This document shows positions 12,691 through 29,490 of a stretch of 44,105 nucleotides of DNA, in pieces. The stretch lies in assembly GCA_013115125.1 (NCBI GenBank), contig JABANN010000276.1, forward strand, positions 1-44,105, in the 5' to 3' direction. Source of the stretch: Perkinsus olseni. Lineage: Eukaryota. The stretch's first letter is position 1. Every line of letters begins with the position of its first letter. A model generated the notes under the pieces. That model made no database searches. It saw nothing but the letters and a program-made list of their open reading frames with translations, and was not told where the DNA came from. The translations under genes were made by a program, and so were the position numbers.

Positions 12691-13570
12691 GTGGCATGTG
12701 AACGATCATTCGGGGCTCTTCGGAGCGATATACTCGATGGGTTTGCGAAGATAGAGTCACATTACCGAACTCTATGGCATCCTTACTTGTTCAACGCAAT
12801 ACCATATACCGACTTGGACACATCAACGAACGGTAACCTTCGTGATGCCACCAGCATGAGCAGTACGATTTATCTCATCAATGTATTGATAGAAGGCAAG
12901 ATTACCGGTGATGTCAATCATCTTGAGGCTTCCGGTCGACACTAAAGCATCAATTAAGGCATCTGTTACAGCACTGCCCGTTGGTGATCCTGAGCAAATG
13001 GCGTCCTTATGGGATGAGATGTCAGCAGCTTTGAGCATAAACACCTCGGACAACGGTGGAGGCGGCAGAAGCAGCAGCAGCAGCAGCGGGTTCAAGCGAA
13101 GGCAGGTGCACAGAGTCTTGCATATCCTCGTCTGCGGTCGATATCTCATTGAACGCTATGTCGAGTGTCTCCACACCTCCCACATACCTAGGGTTCAGAA
13201 TAGCGCATCAGCATCGCACGTGAAATAGTGGACTCAGACTGCTTACGTAACAGCATCTATGATAGCCACTGCCCCCTGCACTCCTATCGACTGCCCCCGC
13301 AAGGATAGTCTCGTTAGACCCGTATTGCAGTTCGATATGCATGATGCAATAATCATAGCATCCGAAGCACACAGCACAGCCCTCGATAATTGCTGTTCAT
13401 ATCTACAGAAGGATCATGTTGGAGAGACTGGCGTGACAGATTCCTCTCGTCACAGTTTGGCAGGCCTAATTCGCTTGGGGGGATTCCTAGCCAAGGCAAT
13501 CTCCTCTTTTAGATCAAGTAAGGACCGCGGTTCATCAGCATCACAATGGCCCAGGTCCTTCATCACCTAA
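12691..13570 (+). CDS. hypothetical protein (multi-exon, start uncertain)
   Basis: Three consecutive protein-like plus-strand ORFs with plausible intervening introns. Confidence 0.35.
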
Positions 13571-13596
13571 TAACAGAACCCTCGTGCAATATTGTT

Positions 13597-15090
13597 CAAA
13601 TGTTATCCCATAGCGTACTCTCTGTAGAGCATGATACTGAATAACCATGGGCTGCGAACGGAACCAATCTCTCGCCAAACTGTAGTCGGACGCTATCATT
13701 CTCACCAATGCTAAACCGTACCTGCGTTTGATTCAAGCCTTCCCTCGCTCGAGGCGGCCTAATGAGATGTCTATCCCTGGTACAATGTATTGGCTTACTC
13801 TTCTAGGGATGGATAGTCGATACTGAGCTGCTTAATCCCGAGGCCGTACCCGAAGGCAGCCTGCTTCACTCTAGTAGTACATCTACGTAATAGGTTGATT
13901 GAGATAGGAGTGTAACGACGGTGATAGAGTGCCTTTTTATCGCCCCGTGATATACCGCCCCGATGCTGAGGTCCAGAGCAGGTCTACGCCTCAGGTAGTC
14001 CAGGTCTAGTAGAACGTGGCTCACCCGCACCTACAACACGGGCTGTTATTTCGTGTGAGATGGCCAGCAACTGGCACTGCCTAGCGTACACTCCTCAGCC
14101 TGCCATGAGTAGCGATGCTGTCAGCCAACGATGCTATACCTCTATAAGTGAAGTAGTTAGCTGATATATCCAGGTATTGAAGTCTTTCACCTAGAACAGT
14201 GTACCCTCAGTACCCAACAACCCTATTAATCTTACATGCTACGAGAAGGTCTAAGAGACTATCTACACAAGCATCAGTGAGCTGATTCGAGGCTATGTCC
14301 ACCTCGAGAAGCTGAGCATTGCGGCGCATAAGAGTTAATGCGAATATACCAGAGGAATCGAACACCACTCTCACCTGAGGTGAACACATGAGGGGAACAG
14401 GCGCGGTACGGGAGATCTGAGTAGTTACACTGGGGTCTTCAAGCTTCCAGGCTGTGGCCGCGAATGGACAACCATCAAAGCAGGATATATCCTCCATACT
14501 AATACTCTTAGCTTCCTCTTCTGGTAGCATCTGTAGAGGTATCCTCACGGGATCTGGTGAGAGTACGGCCTCGGTAGACGAGAGAATATCTATTATGTTG
14601 ATTGTATTGACCCGTTTCAATGTCGATAGCTCCGGTGCACCTGGATCAAGCAGAATATACCCGGGTACAATGCGGCATGATGCTCCCATCACTACTACCA
14701 ACATCAATGTTATGCTTTACATTTTCCCATACAGCATTTGCCAGAAGTTCGGCACCTGAGCACACGCTGTTGCTTTACCCCTGCAGTGGATGATCATCGT
14801 CACTTGCAGAGCTTATCTGATTGTCTTCTGAGAAGCGTATTTGAGCTAATGTTGTGTTGCGTTCAAAAAACTCCGCTATCTGACGCACTTGTACTTCGTT
14901 CAATCGTCCGACATATCGGTAGTCAATACAGGGATGCGACCTCAATGCTCTCACGAACGGTGGAACCTATCGACCCGGCGCTGCCAGGAGGTGACACTGA
15001 CTCCATTACGTTGGGATTGATACTAAGGGTACAGACCTCCGCTATTGTCTCCTTCAAGCTTGTTCCCTCAGTATTCTGAATATATCGCAA
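13597..15090 (-). CDS. leucine-rich repeat (RI-like) protein region; may be the C-terminal part of the upstream membrane gene
   Basis: IAEFFERNTTLAQIRFSEDNQISS..GAELLANA; LMRRNAQLLEVDIASNQLTDACVDSL; LQYLDISANYFTYRGIASLADSI. Confidence 0.7.
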
Positions 15091-15092
15091 AC

Positions 15093-17640
15093 TTAGGAGG
15101 TTCGCTGCCTGAGCCAATCTCCGTAAATGACTAGACTGGGAAAGTTGTAACCCACAACATAAACAAGCGTGATTCCAGCGCCTCCCCAAAGTATCAAAGG
15201 CAGAGGGGCCCTTGAGCCATCGTCGGCCTGTCCATACGTGGTACCTGTTGACGAACCGATGAGATGAAAGTTCGATAGCTGGTGCCCACTTACTACTCGA
15301 GACATACCGGATCATAACTACTATTTGTGAAGCGAACATGAGTGGCGTAGCCAAGAGGGAGAATGCGATAGATCTGGAAGTATGATAATGATGTTGACTC
15401 TCCGCTCAGACATTCGAATACCTCATCCTCTCATAGTCTGCAAAGTAACTGTGCTGAATGATTGAAAAAGGCCAACGAATAAAAGTGATGATGTCAGAAA
15501 ATAAACAGATAGGTAATCCAAGTATCTGAGACTCAGATTCAAAGTGGACAGAAAACCATGAACCGAGATAACAGAAACGACAACGACCCGTAACGGGTCA
15601 CCCGTTAATGGATAGTTTGTCATGTCTACCAGATGGATCAATGTCGCAACATCTACTAGAACAGCCGGATCGAGGATTTGACGGCTCCCTGATGGTGCGG
15701 GGATCTGCCGGGTCCCCAGGACGCCACTCAGAAAGGATAGGCACTACCAAAAAGCGTTGAAGCAATAGTAGGGCGCGAATGAGCCCCTCACGGGTATGAG
15801 CGCCGAATGTGAAATCTTATCAATGAATAGAGGCTTGAGGTATCTAAGTGAGTGGACATAACATAGTTTAGGGCTATCCATACTAGAACAACACTTGCCT
15901 GCTACTCTGATACCAGACGTATATGTATGTAGATAACCATACTATTACAACCACCACCACATGAGATCTCGGACCAAATTCTAATAACCCTGGATATGAT
16001 CCACAGAGGCCCATACTCCCTTGCGCACTCTGAAGAATAGCGAACAGGGCAGCGTGGCGTGGATGCTCTATACTGGGTGTTCTCAGTAATCATGAGCAGC
16101 GAGCGTTACCTGCACTGGGCAGTAGAAGAAAAGGACATCGAGAGGCATTTGGAGAAGAAGAGGGAGCCTGTAGAGGATGAATATACCCCAAGGTGTCATC
16201 GAGAATCGGATCCAATACTGAGGAATAGGTATGGATGATGATCGAAGCGCAGACCAGTCGTCACCCGCCATGCAGCTGCAGTTATGGACGTCTTTATCTT
16301 CAGAGCTTTATCTAACGTCTCGGCGAGCTTATGAGAGTCAGGCAGCTCGGACAGCAACTTGAGTTTAGCCTGGCAGGGTCGAACTGGCTCAACTCTTCAG
16401 GCCGTTCGCAATGTCTATATGCCTATATATACCTTCGATCCCAAGGCCCGAAGTGAGGAGTCCGTGTACTTCCTCATGCCTCCTATGCTTTTTCGCAAAT
16501 CTGATAATCTCACCCCTCGACGACCAGTACCCGCATCCAGGGGATACTGATTGAATCCACGGGAAAGTGAAAACCTCTGCCCTTGTGCAGATGATGCTCG
16601 GGCAGTATCGACAGAATCTAACAATAGGCAAGATAAGACAAAATAACAAGGCCGTACCATGTGAGCATGGAGTGGTGGACCCCAGGCGATATTCATCAAA
16701 GGTAGACTGCCAAGCCGCAGGCCGCAGTCTATCTTTGACAAGGCGGATCTACTCACCTAGAGATGCTGCACTCACACGCCGCTGACCGGCTGGCAGTGGA
16801 TCCTCGTCATCATCATAGGCATACTGTGCGTCATCATCTTCTTGTCTCATGGAATGAGTTGAGCATGATTCATCCATGCTGTAACGGTGGGATGAACATA
16901 ACTCAACTTCAGTAACGATGGCTATGGAGCCTAGCTGTCTCACTCAAGTTCTGCACCTCCACCCACTCCCTCTACACTTTCTTCAAGCCCAAGGATCTCA
17001 CCCATCACGTCGTTCTCAATTTGTACACTATCATACATAGCACCTACATAACCCCTCTCGCTCACACGATGCCAGTATTTACTCGAATTGGTAGTTGCCG
17101 ATGGCACTGCCCAGCTCCTCCTCCTCCGCCTATCCCAACCTAGAGTCCCTATTTCGGCCTCACCGGGCAATAGGATGCTCTGGCCAAGACTTGCTCGTCT
17201 AAACATCAGTAACGATTGGTTACCAACCCATGCTAACTAACCATCTGGCCGATTGACCTTCCTGCTGATGGCGCGTCTCGGGATACCTGGTACGAAGCCT
17301 TTCGATGACTGCCAAGTGGTCGTTGGATTTTCCACTAAATGTATGAGCTCTAGCTCTCTGGCCCTCGACCCTACAGGCAAAAGAATACTGCAGGTCAGAG
17401 CTCGCTAAGGATTGATGATATGGTGGCCACCTCTGATTCCCCATGGGCAACCGCAGGCCGGAATCTACAAGTGCATCTGCGTCATCAGCCATGGGATTGC
17501 TGATGTCCAGCTCAGTACTAGCCACACCGGACATCCTCGCGGAAACCCTGGCATTGATGATGATCTCTGCTTCTCCTCCAATCGAAGATATCGTTAGGCG
17601 AGTGGAGACCACCGAAAGCAGGCGGTGTTGATCGGGCACT
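15093..17640 (-). CDS. hypothetical multi-exon protein(s) with hydrophobic segments
   Basis: Exons such as TPWGIFILYRLPLLL, PLRVVVVSVISVHGFLSTLNLSL, LLFVGLFQSF; Ser/Arg-rich N-region; gene number unresolved. Confidence 0.4.
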
Positions 17641-18193
17641 ATAAACCCAACTTATGGCAGTACGTAAAAGAGTCAACTACACTTACCCAACACGAAGGAG
17701 TATCGTGGTCACTAGTTCCTACTCACGTCCATAACATGTTGCAGAGGGGCAAAAAATAAGCGGCCGAATGGCATCATACTCTGTTTATTGCGATGATAGT
17801 AATGATAGAAATAATAGAAGGAACACCATCGTCGTCGCTGCTGCCCACGACACATAGATAGCATCATCATGATGATCAACAACATCACCACCGCTTTATG
17901 GCGGCGTATACAGGAAAGATAGATATACTGTCAGTAGGATCTAGGAGGGTTTAAGGGATGGAGTCTCACTATCCAGTACTCGATAATGCGAGCTGGGGAG
18001 CATAGCATGGATAGAGCAGCATCATCGATGGTGGGATGTCAACAATAGGATGAAATGAGAGACGACTTCGACGACTGTAGCGGTAATATTGATAGTAGCG
18101 GCGAAGAAAGGTATCTCCAACAGGACGTGAAGCACTACCAGCAACAGCGTCGTCGGACTACAGGAGAGTGATTCGAGTCCTCGGCTGCCTATA

Positions 18194-18713
18194 TCAGCGA
18201 AGGTCACTTCCTGTCGCTGAACTCTGCCAAGGTTGGCCGATCTTCTTCGTAGAGAAAACGAATTGGAAGGACTTCTCAACGAGCTCAGGATCACCAAGGA
18301 ACTTCTCTAGCTCTGCACGCTGAGCCTCTAGAAATGCTCGGAGTCTGAGACGGGTGAATGGTTGAACTGCTAAATTATCCCCGCACAGGTACCCATACCT
18401 TGACGGACGATACCTCAGTGTAGGCGAAATGCCTCCTCCACGAGATGTCTGTCGCTGTTGTTGTCTAGTCTCAGAGTAATCGGATGTTGTGGGAACATTG
18501 TTATGCATACAGAACCCAGGAGGAACACCTTCAGCTCGGCATTTGGCACACATACCACCGTGAACACCCTCTTCGAATGACGGATTATGGTCCTGAATAC
18601 ATAGAACACCGTATGGGGAGAATCTGAGCGAATACGGTAGCTGATCGAGCGTCTGGACCCTTACAGCGGTATGGAGCTGAGATGTCCTCTCTGGATTGTT
18701 CTTAATTGACAGG

Positions 18714-18744
<31 letters not shown>

Positions 18745-19497
18745 TGGGAGATCGCCCTGACGAGTCGGACGGCTTCAACTCTGGATCTAACAGAAAGATC
18801 AGGTGTGATAATCAGCTTGCAAATGGATGACGACATCCCCACTGTCTGAGGGGGGAGCAGTTCGTGGTCTCTGTGTTGACAGCGCTACTAGGTCCGCGTT
18901 GAGCCGGCGATGATCGTTGCGTAACCTCCAGTGTGTCTTGCTTGGATACGGGACCCTACTAAGAGCAACTCATGCTATTGGGAAACTCTCCAAGCACCCG
19001 GCGAGGAGAAAGCGCTCATGAGGATAGTTCTACCCAGTGCCGTTATTGATGATATTCTCGTTCTCATCGTGAGTCGGCGTAGCAGGTAGCCTTGGAGGGG
19101 GCACCGACGGAGGAGTCGGGGGAGGGGGTGGGGGTGGATGATGTGGAGGTATAGCCCGGGCCATGGGCGGCGCAGTTCCACCCCAGGACTGAGACGTAAT
19201 CAAATGCTAACAAGATGCCTCTACGTGGTCATAATACCTGTGATGCGATGGCAGGGAACTGGTGACCTTCAGGGACAGCAGTAGCCATGATGATGACGGA
19301 ATATGGTTTTGGGTAAACGAGGGAGGTACAGCTATGGCAACAAAGTCCCCAGCTACACCCAGGTGAAAAGATGGTGAGTGATGCAGCAACACTGATACTC
19401 CTTTGAGTATATTGAGTAACGCGACTACTGCGTTACTGTACTGCCGGTAAATCGGTGAACAAAAACTCACAGGAACGAGATAGTTTTCGGAGGACAT
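18194..19497 (-). CDS. hypothetical protein with poly-Q tract and Cys/His cluster
   Basis: 194-aa ORF 18194..18778 with Q9 and CAKC...FCMH; upstream exons uncertain. Confidence 0.5.
18714..18742. repeat. (CTG)n microsatellite encoding poly-Q on the minus strand
   Basis: About nine tgc/ctg units seen directly. Confidence 0.9.
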
Positions 19498-19534
19498 CAG
19501 TCTCCGTCATTAATGACAGGTCCATGGCGATTGC

Positions 19535-21009
19535 TTATACCTCCCTTTCTTCGTCGCAGCCTACAGCACCGGGTCTTTTGGTCAGGATCTCAGCTCCAGT
19601 AGGAGTGATGTTAACCATGTGCTCACACTGGGCTGCTCTCCCGTTATCGACAGTTACATAACTGAGCACAGGTCTCGGTGGCGAGCAGTTATCATCACCA
19701 GCAGCAGTCGGCTTACGTCCATCCGTCGTTCCACTGTCTACTCCACCCCACTCCCTCACAGAGTACAGGCTCGATGGTAAACACCTGCCCGATTTGCATA
19801 GGCTCATCCATGTCACCTAGCAAATACTAGTCCTAGAGCCAAAATACCGTATGATGAGCGTGGAGGATGAAAGTCTTAGTCTTACCATGTTCTGGCGTAT
19901 GTAGTATATTGGGCAATAGGTGCATCTCAGTGCCGATAAAGTGACCACAGAACTGAGGGTTAACAGTAAAGCCTTCTTCACGTGCAACCTGGACCACCTA
20001 ACACGCAGGAGACCATGAACTACACTCGTGAGAGTGAGCAGGACAGCAGAGCAACGGTGATTACCGCCTTGGCTATAGCATTGAAAGGTTGACCAGGTCT
20101 ACATGCCCCAATTGCTGCTTCTAAGGCTCGGTGGCTGGCGTTAACCTGGACAGGGTGTATATACTCATTGAAAGTACAGTTAGCATATATCACGAGCTTC
20201 ATTCCCTGAGTGTCTGTCTCGCCACCGACGATGGCCATATCAGATGTATCACCATAGACACCATCTAGATAACAGGTGACATCCATATTTACTATATCAC
20301 CTGCCTGCAATGGCCGGGTATCGGGTATACCATGAACCTAAGGCGAGCAGAGCGAGATGCTAAACAGGTGGAGCTATTATCGTGCTGCTCATGATGATTG
20401 CGATGAAGCGTTGCGAGGCGATATTCGAACGCAACACGATCATTACCACGCATTCATTCACGGACATGCATACTGCTCGTGGGAACCCCATGTAGTTGAT
20501 ACCAGATGGATATGCTCCTTCAGACACGAGAAAACTGAGCAGCACGACACCACTGAGTACTAAAAAGAATGAGACTTCCTACTTACTCGATGACCAAATC
20601 ATCTATTTCCGTTGTTGTAATGCCGGGTTTAGCAGCATTCAGAGCCACATCTAAAGCTTCACCAGCTAACTGAGCAGCGCGGCGAAGACGCTGTATGACC
20701 TCGGGAGTCTTCATCTCGAACCGAGGCCACGTAGAACTATCCGAAGGTGGCATGGCAGACGGGACTGTTCCGTCAGATCGTATGCCTGCCACAGCGCAGC
20801 AACTGAACGTCCTGTCCTGCCAGGAGTGCTATCCCTTTACCGTGCCTTGGCCTTATTATGTTGGGAGGTATGCTCTTCACTGGCAGTACGTCGTATTTAC
20901 CTTCGACTAATGTTCGCCGAAACGGTCGATGAATAGCACGAGGGGCAGCAGTAGTAGCCGCTGCGATGCCTTGTGAACAATACAGGCTTGCTATTGATCG
21001 AGACAACAT
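19535..21009 (-). CDS. methionine aminopeptidase type 1, probably mitochondrial (METAP1D-like)
   Basis: [37 protein letters not shown]...GDTS, CGHFIG, FTIEP, AQCEH (all five metal ligands); presequence-like MLSRSIASL. Confidence 0.95.
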
Positions 21010-21291
21010 GCTATTGGCCACAATGGAAAACTCTGAGAAGGCTAGTAAGGCGACAAGGTTCCAAGATGGAGTTCTAACAACTAGGAACACAACAGACAGG
21101 CAATAAAGGAACGATGAACTGAGCGCTGTACACGTATCATTCGGACCGTACTGGACATACAACCGCAAAATTTCATCTTAGATAGTGTAAAACAGAAAAC
21201 CACCTTTTAGTCAATAAGGACAATAACCATACCATATGGTCACATCAGAATCTTATCTTCATCAACATCGGCCATGGCGCCGATATATGGT

Positions 21292-23752
<2,461 letters not shown>

Positions 23753-23880
23753 TGAGGAGCACAGAGATACCACACCCCTGCGAAAAGAAAAGGCCAAACG
23801 CAAGGCGAACAGTATCATTCTCATCGTAACCAGCACCTCTCCATGACATACCAGCATGATACTCAACGGACATGGCATCA

Positions 23881-26678
23881 CTACTTGCCAGAAGTGTTAT
23901 CTCTACTATTGCCGCTGTTGTTCATCTTCTTCTGGCGATCCCTTCTTTTGGCTATATCACGCATCGATCTAGCCTTGAGCTCATCTCTTGTGTAAGGCCC
24001 TAAAAATACGCTGACATTCACATGTTATACCAAGGCTAAGATTAAGACTCTGATCATCCTCCTCATCTTCATCCGAATCATCTGAATAATCCTCTACAGT
24101 CGATGGCAATTTGATCGTCATGAAAGACTGGGCACCTGAACAACAGCGGCGTAGCCAAGAATATAGTGTAGAATAACGCCCACCCGAGGATTGACCAGGT
24201 ACTCCTCCTCCAACTGGTGATGATGATGTTGTCGGTGCAACTACTGTCTTGGGCATAAGATACTTATCGCCCACCTCAAAGTCAGCCGCCCCATTCTCCT
24301 CGCCACTCACTGCTACTTGAGAGGAAGCGAACAGTTGAAGTATCTCGTTAGCCGCTGAGGAATGAAAGAGGGTAACGTTGTCAAACCGAGTGAACAGCAG
24401 CCGATGTATTACTCTTCTCGATCACCCCTAGATAGGGGAGCATAGCTGACTCTGATACACTACCCTCGTTGGAACCTTGGGTAGTGGCCGGCGGCGGCGA
24501 AGGGGAGGACTGTGTGTCACCCATCGCAGCTAGAGGAGGTGGATCACACCCTAGACGATTGAATATCGACTGGATACCCGCACGGACCTGCCGATGACCA
24601 TGGAAGATATGGGACTACATCAGCAGCCCGGCCAACGAACAGTAGTAAACATTACACTAGTCAACGTTTTCATAGCTTGCTGATTCTTCAACTCGTAATG
24701 CTCAGCCTTCTTGTCCATTCCGCTCCACCTCTCCTCTAGATCCGACAGAAACTTCTGCTTAACGCTTTCGGGCGCTCCACCATCACCAACACCTTCAACA
24801 GCTAAAAAGCAGCATCATTGCAAACACCACCAAGAACGACGCAATGACGGCAGCAGCAACCCTACCAATAGCAGACAATTGAGGCGGAGAAGGGGTAGGC
24901 GCCGTCCCTCCAGTCTTCAGAGCATTGAACTCCAGGGTTAGATCCCCGACCGATGCCTCGAGCTTCTTTATATCTCCGGAGAGCTGATTGGCGTAGTTGA
25001 AGAGGGAGAAATTCTGATCCTCGGCAGCTATAAAATTCTGCACCTGAGAATTATTCGAGTATGAAAAGTGATCGGCTGCGACTCTCCAGTGACCACCTTA
25101 CCAGTTCGTCAATATCAGAGATTCCTGTGGCACTCTGAATCTTGCCAAAGGCTTCTTCGTAAACTTCAACCTAGCAATTGGTGATAAGATGACAACGATA
25201 GCAACATCCTAGCTCCAGTACTACCTTATCCGCTGTCATGCGAATAGCGACCTTATCCTTGGCGATTCCCCACGCTGACTGATTCACCTGTTTCCTCAAA
25301 TTATTCTCATCATCAACCTACAACAATCCGACTCATACAGTCACTAATGAGGGAACTTACACCGAGATCTCCTCTCGCTACAACGTGGGCATCACCACTT
25401 TTCCCAGAGTCCTCTATGCGAGCTTTCTCTCGCTGCCTCATGAATTCCTGATCAAGAACAAACCCTCGAACATAGACAACCCACTCGAAAAAAGAGACCA
25501 ACCTTCATCTTCTTGTCATTCTCAATTAGACGACCAAGCTCTTTCCACTCCTTCTCGAATTCGATGTGTTCTCTATCGGCTTGCTGCTTGAGAGCTGTCA
25601 TCTGGGCCTATCCAATGAAACAGAGTCAATTATATTGTTGAACACAGGTGAACCTCTCTACCAACCTGAGCCTGATCACGAGCTTCATAAGCAGCATTTG
25701 CCTGTTCAATGATATTGGCCATCTCCTTCTTCTTCTCTTGTAGTTCTATCTACAATAACGCTAGCAATACATCAACCGATAGCACTGGCCATGTAATCAT
25801 CCGCAGTACTACCTCAAGTTTCCGGTAGATGGAGTCGAATACAACGCGCTCCCTTCGCAAGGAATCAATCCGGTCCCGTAGGTTAGTGTTTACTGCAATA
25901 ACCTGAAACAACGGAACAGGAGGGAAGTGACATGAGCAATCAGGCTGGGAGCGAGCTCACTTCATTGAACTTCTGGAGATTCTTCTCCAATCGGTTATCA
26001 AGGATCTTGATCTGCTTATCCATTGCCTCGTTCGTCTCCTTGGCCGCATTTACTCCACCTCGACGCGCTGAACGACAGAACGCAGATGTTCTGACGGGCA
26101 CCTTTCACCACAAAAGAAGCATTCAAAAGCTCACCAAGTTCCTCTCGTAAAGAACGGATCTTCTTCTGGAGAACCCCAATACGATCATCAATCTGCTACA
26201 TTCAGTGCTAGGCTCAACCACCTAATATCTCAATGACTACCAGCTCTCCTCGAGCAGACTCATCCCTCAATCGAGCGTCAATCCGGTCCTTCTCCTCCTA
26301 AATAAAATAACATCGAGAGCAAAGAGTACTCAGGAGACACCTTGGAGAGACGAAACGAACAAACACATGATTCACCACGGCAATTACCTGTATCCTCTGT
26401 AGTCGCTCAGTACCAATTTTATGCTCAGACATCGAAGCAGTGAAAGCTCGAGTATCATTGACCTCTTGCTTCATCTTCTTGTTCTCACGAGATAGCTTCA
26501 TAATCGTCGCTCTCTGCTTCCGTATAACACCTTGAGATACCTCGCCGTAGTTGCGTTTATCGTTCTCCAAGACACGGAAATTCCGCTGTAGTTGTTGAAT
26601 CTCGGCTTCAATGGACTTCTTCTCGGCGTCTGATGATTGTACAGCAGAACCGAACCCTCGAGTATGTTTAGCCATCAT
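23881..26678 (-). CDS. ODA1: outer dynein arm docking complex subunit DC2 (ODA1/ODAD1/CCDC114-CCDC63 family)
   Basis: GGVNAAKE..KQIKILDNRLEK; RIDSLRRERVVFDSIYRKLE; ANAAYEARDQAQ; YEEAFGKIQSATGISDIDEL; FIAAEDQNFSLFNYAN. Confidence 0.92.
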
Positions 26679-27263
26679 ACGTGAAGCAGAAGAAAACTAA
26701 CGATCCCCAAAACCACTAGAGCCAAAACCATCAAACCCAGCGACAACCGAGCAGAGCCCTGAGCGAGCAAAAACATTAGCCGCGAACATTTAGCTGGCTT
26801 TCATATCCAGAAGGATGTCCTCCAGGACTAGCGCAGCGCTTTGTGTCACCAGAAAGACAGCAATATTATACTTGGTGTATATGACCGGGAAAGCCGGTTG
26901 CGGGTGATCATGATTCGAGGGTAAATGATTCACGATTCATTAACTAAATGTCTCTAGAGGTTGAGATGCTTATTCTAAATCTATCGTAACGTAAGGACGA
27001 AGACCGCCTCACCTCTATCTAAACATCTGGGACACACATATCTCATAATTGCCGCGCAAAGACTATCCTGCAACGAGTTTGATCTTATCGTGGAGAGCGG
27101 CATGCCATTGCACGCTATCCAGGGACCATTGCCTACTGTATCTGCCACGGGAGCATGCGGCATTTCCATGTACTTTGAGCGCCCACTTGTGTGTTTGTTG
27201 CGAGCTTTCGCATCGCTCCGTCAACTGCGCGAGCTTCTTTCCGTATCTTTTGGCTTTCGGAAT

Positions 27264-29297
27264 ATGACATCATCAGTCTTTTCAACGGGCGGCGAACTAG
27301 ATGAGATCATTATACCATCCGCTTGCCTAGCCTCTGATAAGGCACGCATTGAGAAGGGTTCAGAGGAGAGTAAAGGCGCAGGAGGGGAGGACGCCAGGGG
27401 AAAGTCCGCCAACAGAGCACTGCCCTGCACTATATGCGGGAAGGCGCAATGGAGGTATGGTGGAGACTGCTAGGCTTTGAGGACATCGTATGGTTCATAG
27501 GTATTCATGTATGGGTTGCTGCTATTCTGATTTATATAAAGATGATCCGGAATATTCATCAACACTCTCGAGATATGTAGTACTGCTAGGAGCCCCACAT
27601 AGCTTGCATAATACCTTTCTTGCTACAGACGGAAGACCTACCACTAATACTCCACTCAATTCAAGATCGGATGGATACGCAGTCGAAGGTGAATTCAAGA
27701 GGCCGTGTATCAGAGCTGGTCGCGAGGCGGGCTCATCTAGCTCGGGAGACTGCTTTTTTGAAAAGAGTAGCGACCACATGGACTCCTTCATAATTCCAGG
27801 CTCCCTGCTTTCAGCGCATTGAAAACTTGCGTGAGAGGCTCCTCACGACTGAAGCTTCCAAAACTGATGCTGGCAACGGTGCTGACGCACTACTCCGCAG
27901 AGAGAGCCTACACGCTTGCAGCAACACGCTTCATGATGAGATCGCAGCAGAGTCTGATGTACGCAAGGATATTGCTGCGTTCATCAATGTAGTATATTGC
28001 GCTCTAGCACTGACTTAGTATCCTGGCCTTCATTAGGAGAGCGATGCGGCTACCCATGGAGATAGCCCCCCTTATGAGGCCTCATTGGGTACTCTTAACA
28101 CCTTCCACTCGTACCAAAGACTAAGGGCTAATATCCATGCGTTGACCAGTCATCGCACGGCGTTATGCCATCAGCTACGGGATATCTATCCTATATTGTG
28201 GAGGGATGGGCATACACCCGAGTGAGTATGCTGCTACTGCTCAGTAGCAACGCTAGAGGCTCACTCTCAGACCGTGGTCTCCTTTGCTCACATCGCGGGG
28301 TGGGGAGCATGCAATGGACGGTACTGATAACCAGCTCACTCCATCTGATTCTCTTGGATCCCTTAGTGCATCACGAATGTTGACATCGCGTAGTGCTCCA
28401 GTGACTGTGATGCAAGGTGGTTAGGCTTTTTCCGATGTAGGCTCGCGGATGACGAGCTCGCAGACATCATCGGCTACCTCCGCTGACCTCGGAAACCTTC
28501 GTTCTGTACAAGGGGCTATCACCAAAGTGAGTTAGCTGAGGATTGATACGCAGTGATGCTGAACCCTTCTCTTTGACTAACTCTCAGTATTCTCAACTCG
28601 TACCAGCCCTCAACTGTATCGCTCAAATCCTCCAAGTTCATCTACCCTTCCCCTGTCAATTTGGTTTGGTTGGTTCTACAGCGAGAGTCGAGGGTCGTAG
28701 TGAGAGGCCGACGCGTCGACAGCTACCCTTAGAACCTCGTGTTCTGCATCCAGCATTGGATCTATTGTAAGGCTTTTCCTGCCCACCTTGCCAATACTTC
28801 GGCCTGTGTCAGGCTACCACTAGTGCCTCCTTCAAGTGCTGGACTCAGTACATCGCCGTACGTCCGGCATAGCAGTCTAGATCCCCATAGAATGCTCCGA
28901 GAGGACATCCGTTTTCTATCTCTGGTACTATCTAGTTACAGTATCTCGCGGTACATTGTTATTAGCTATATCTCAGATATGTGGTGTGGGGATATGGTTC
29001 GAGGGAGGTTCAGTCGATGACTTAACAGCGGCTCAGAACTTGATCAATTCCCCGGACGTTGGGAGATTGTACGAGACTGTGCACTATGTGATGGTGATTG
29101 ACTCTCTCAGATACACCCGAGCTCTCCTCGATCGATCAATAGCGCTCTCAGGGTCGGGTGGAGGAGGCTGGGGTGATACCTCTCTCGAGCATTTCGGTAA
29201 TGATGCTGCTGACCAACAACAGCTGCAGCAGCAGCTGCCAAGTCCTGGGATGATCGATGAGATCGAGTGGAATATACTTGACTGCTCCATGCCTTAA
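27264..29297 (+). CDS. probable ATG14/UVRAG(Vps38)-like PI3K class III complex subunit
   Basis: Spliced CTICGKAQWRYSCMGC (Cx2Cx8Cx2C); coiled-coil middle; LRDIYPI; IAQILQVHLPFP; C-terminal DEIEWNIL. Confidence 0.6.
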
Positions 29298-29490
29298 AAG
29301 TTTTACAAATTTTGTTACTATTATTGTGAATCTTTTATACCCACGGATGGGGTCCGAGTCACCCAGGTCCGAGTTACTAGTACTCATTATCACGTGTCTG
29401 CAGTACACGTCATCGAGGGGGTTTGTGAGTGATAGAGGAAGAGAATGCTGCAACCACTAGCAACATAACGCCCTGCTTATTGCGAAAAGA

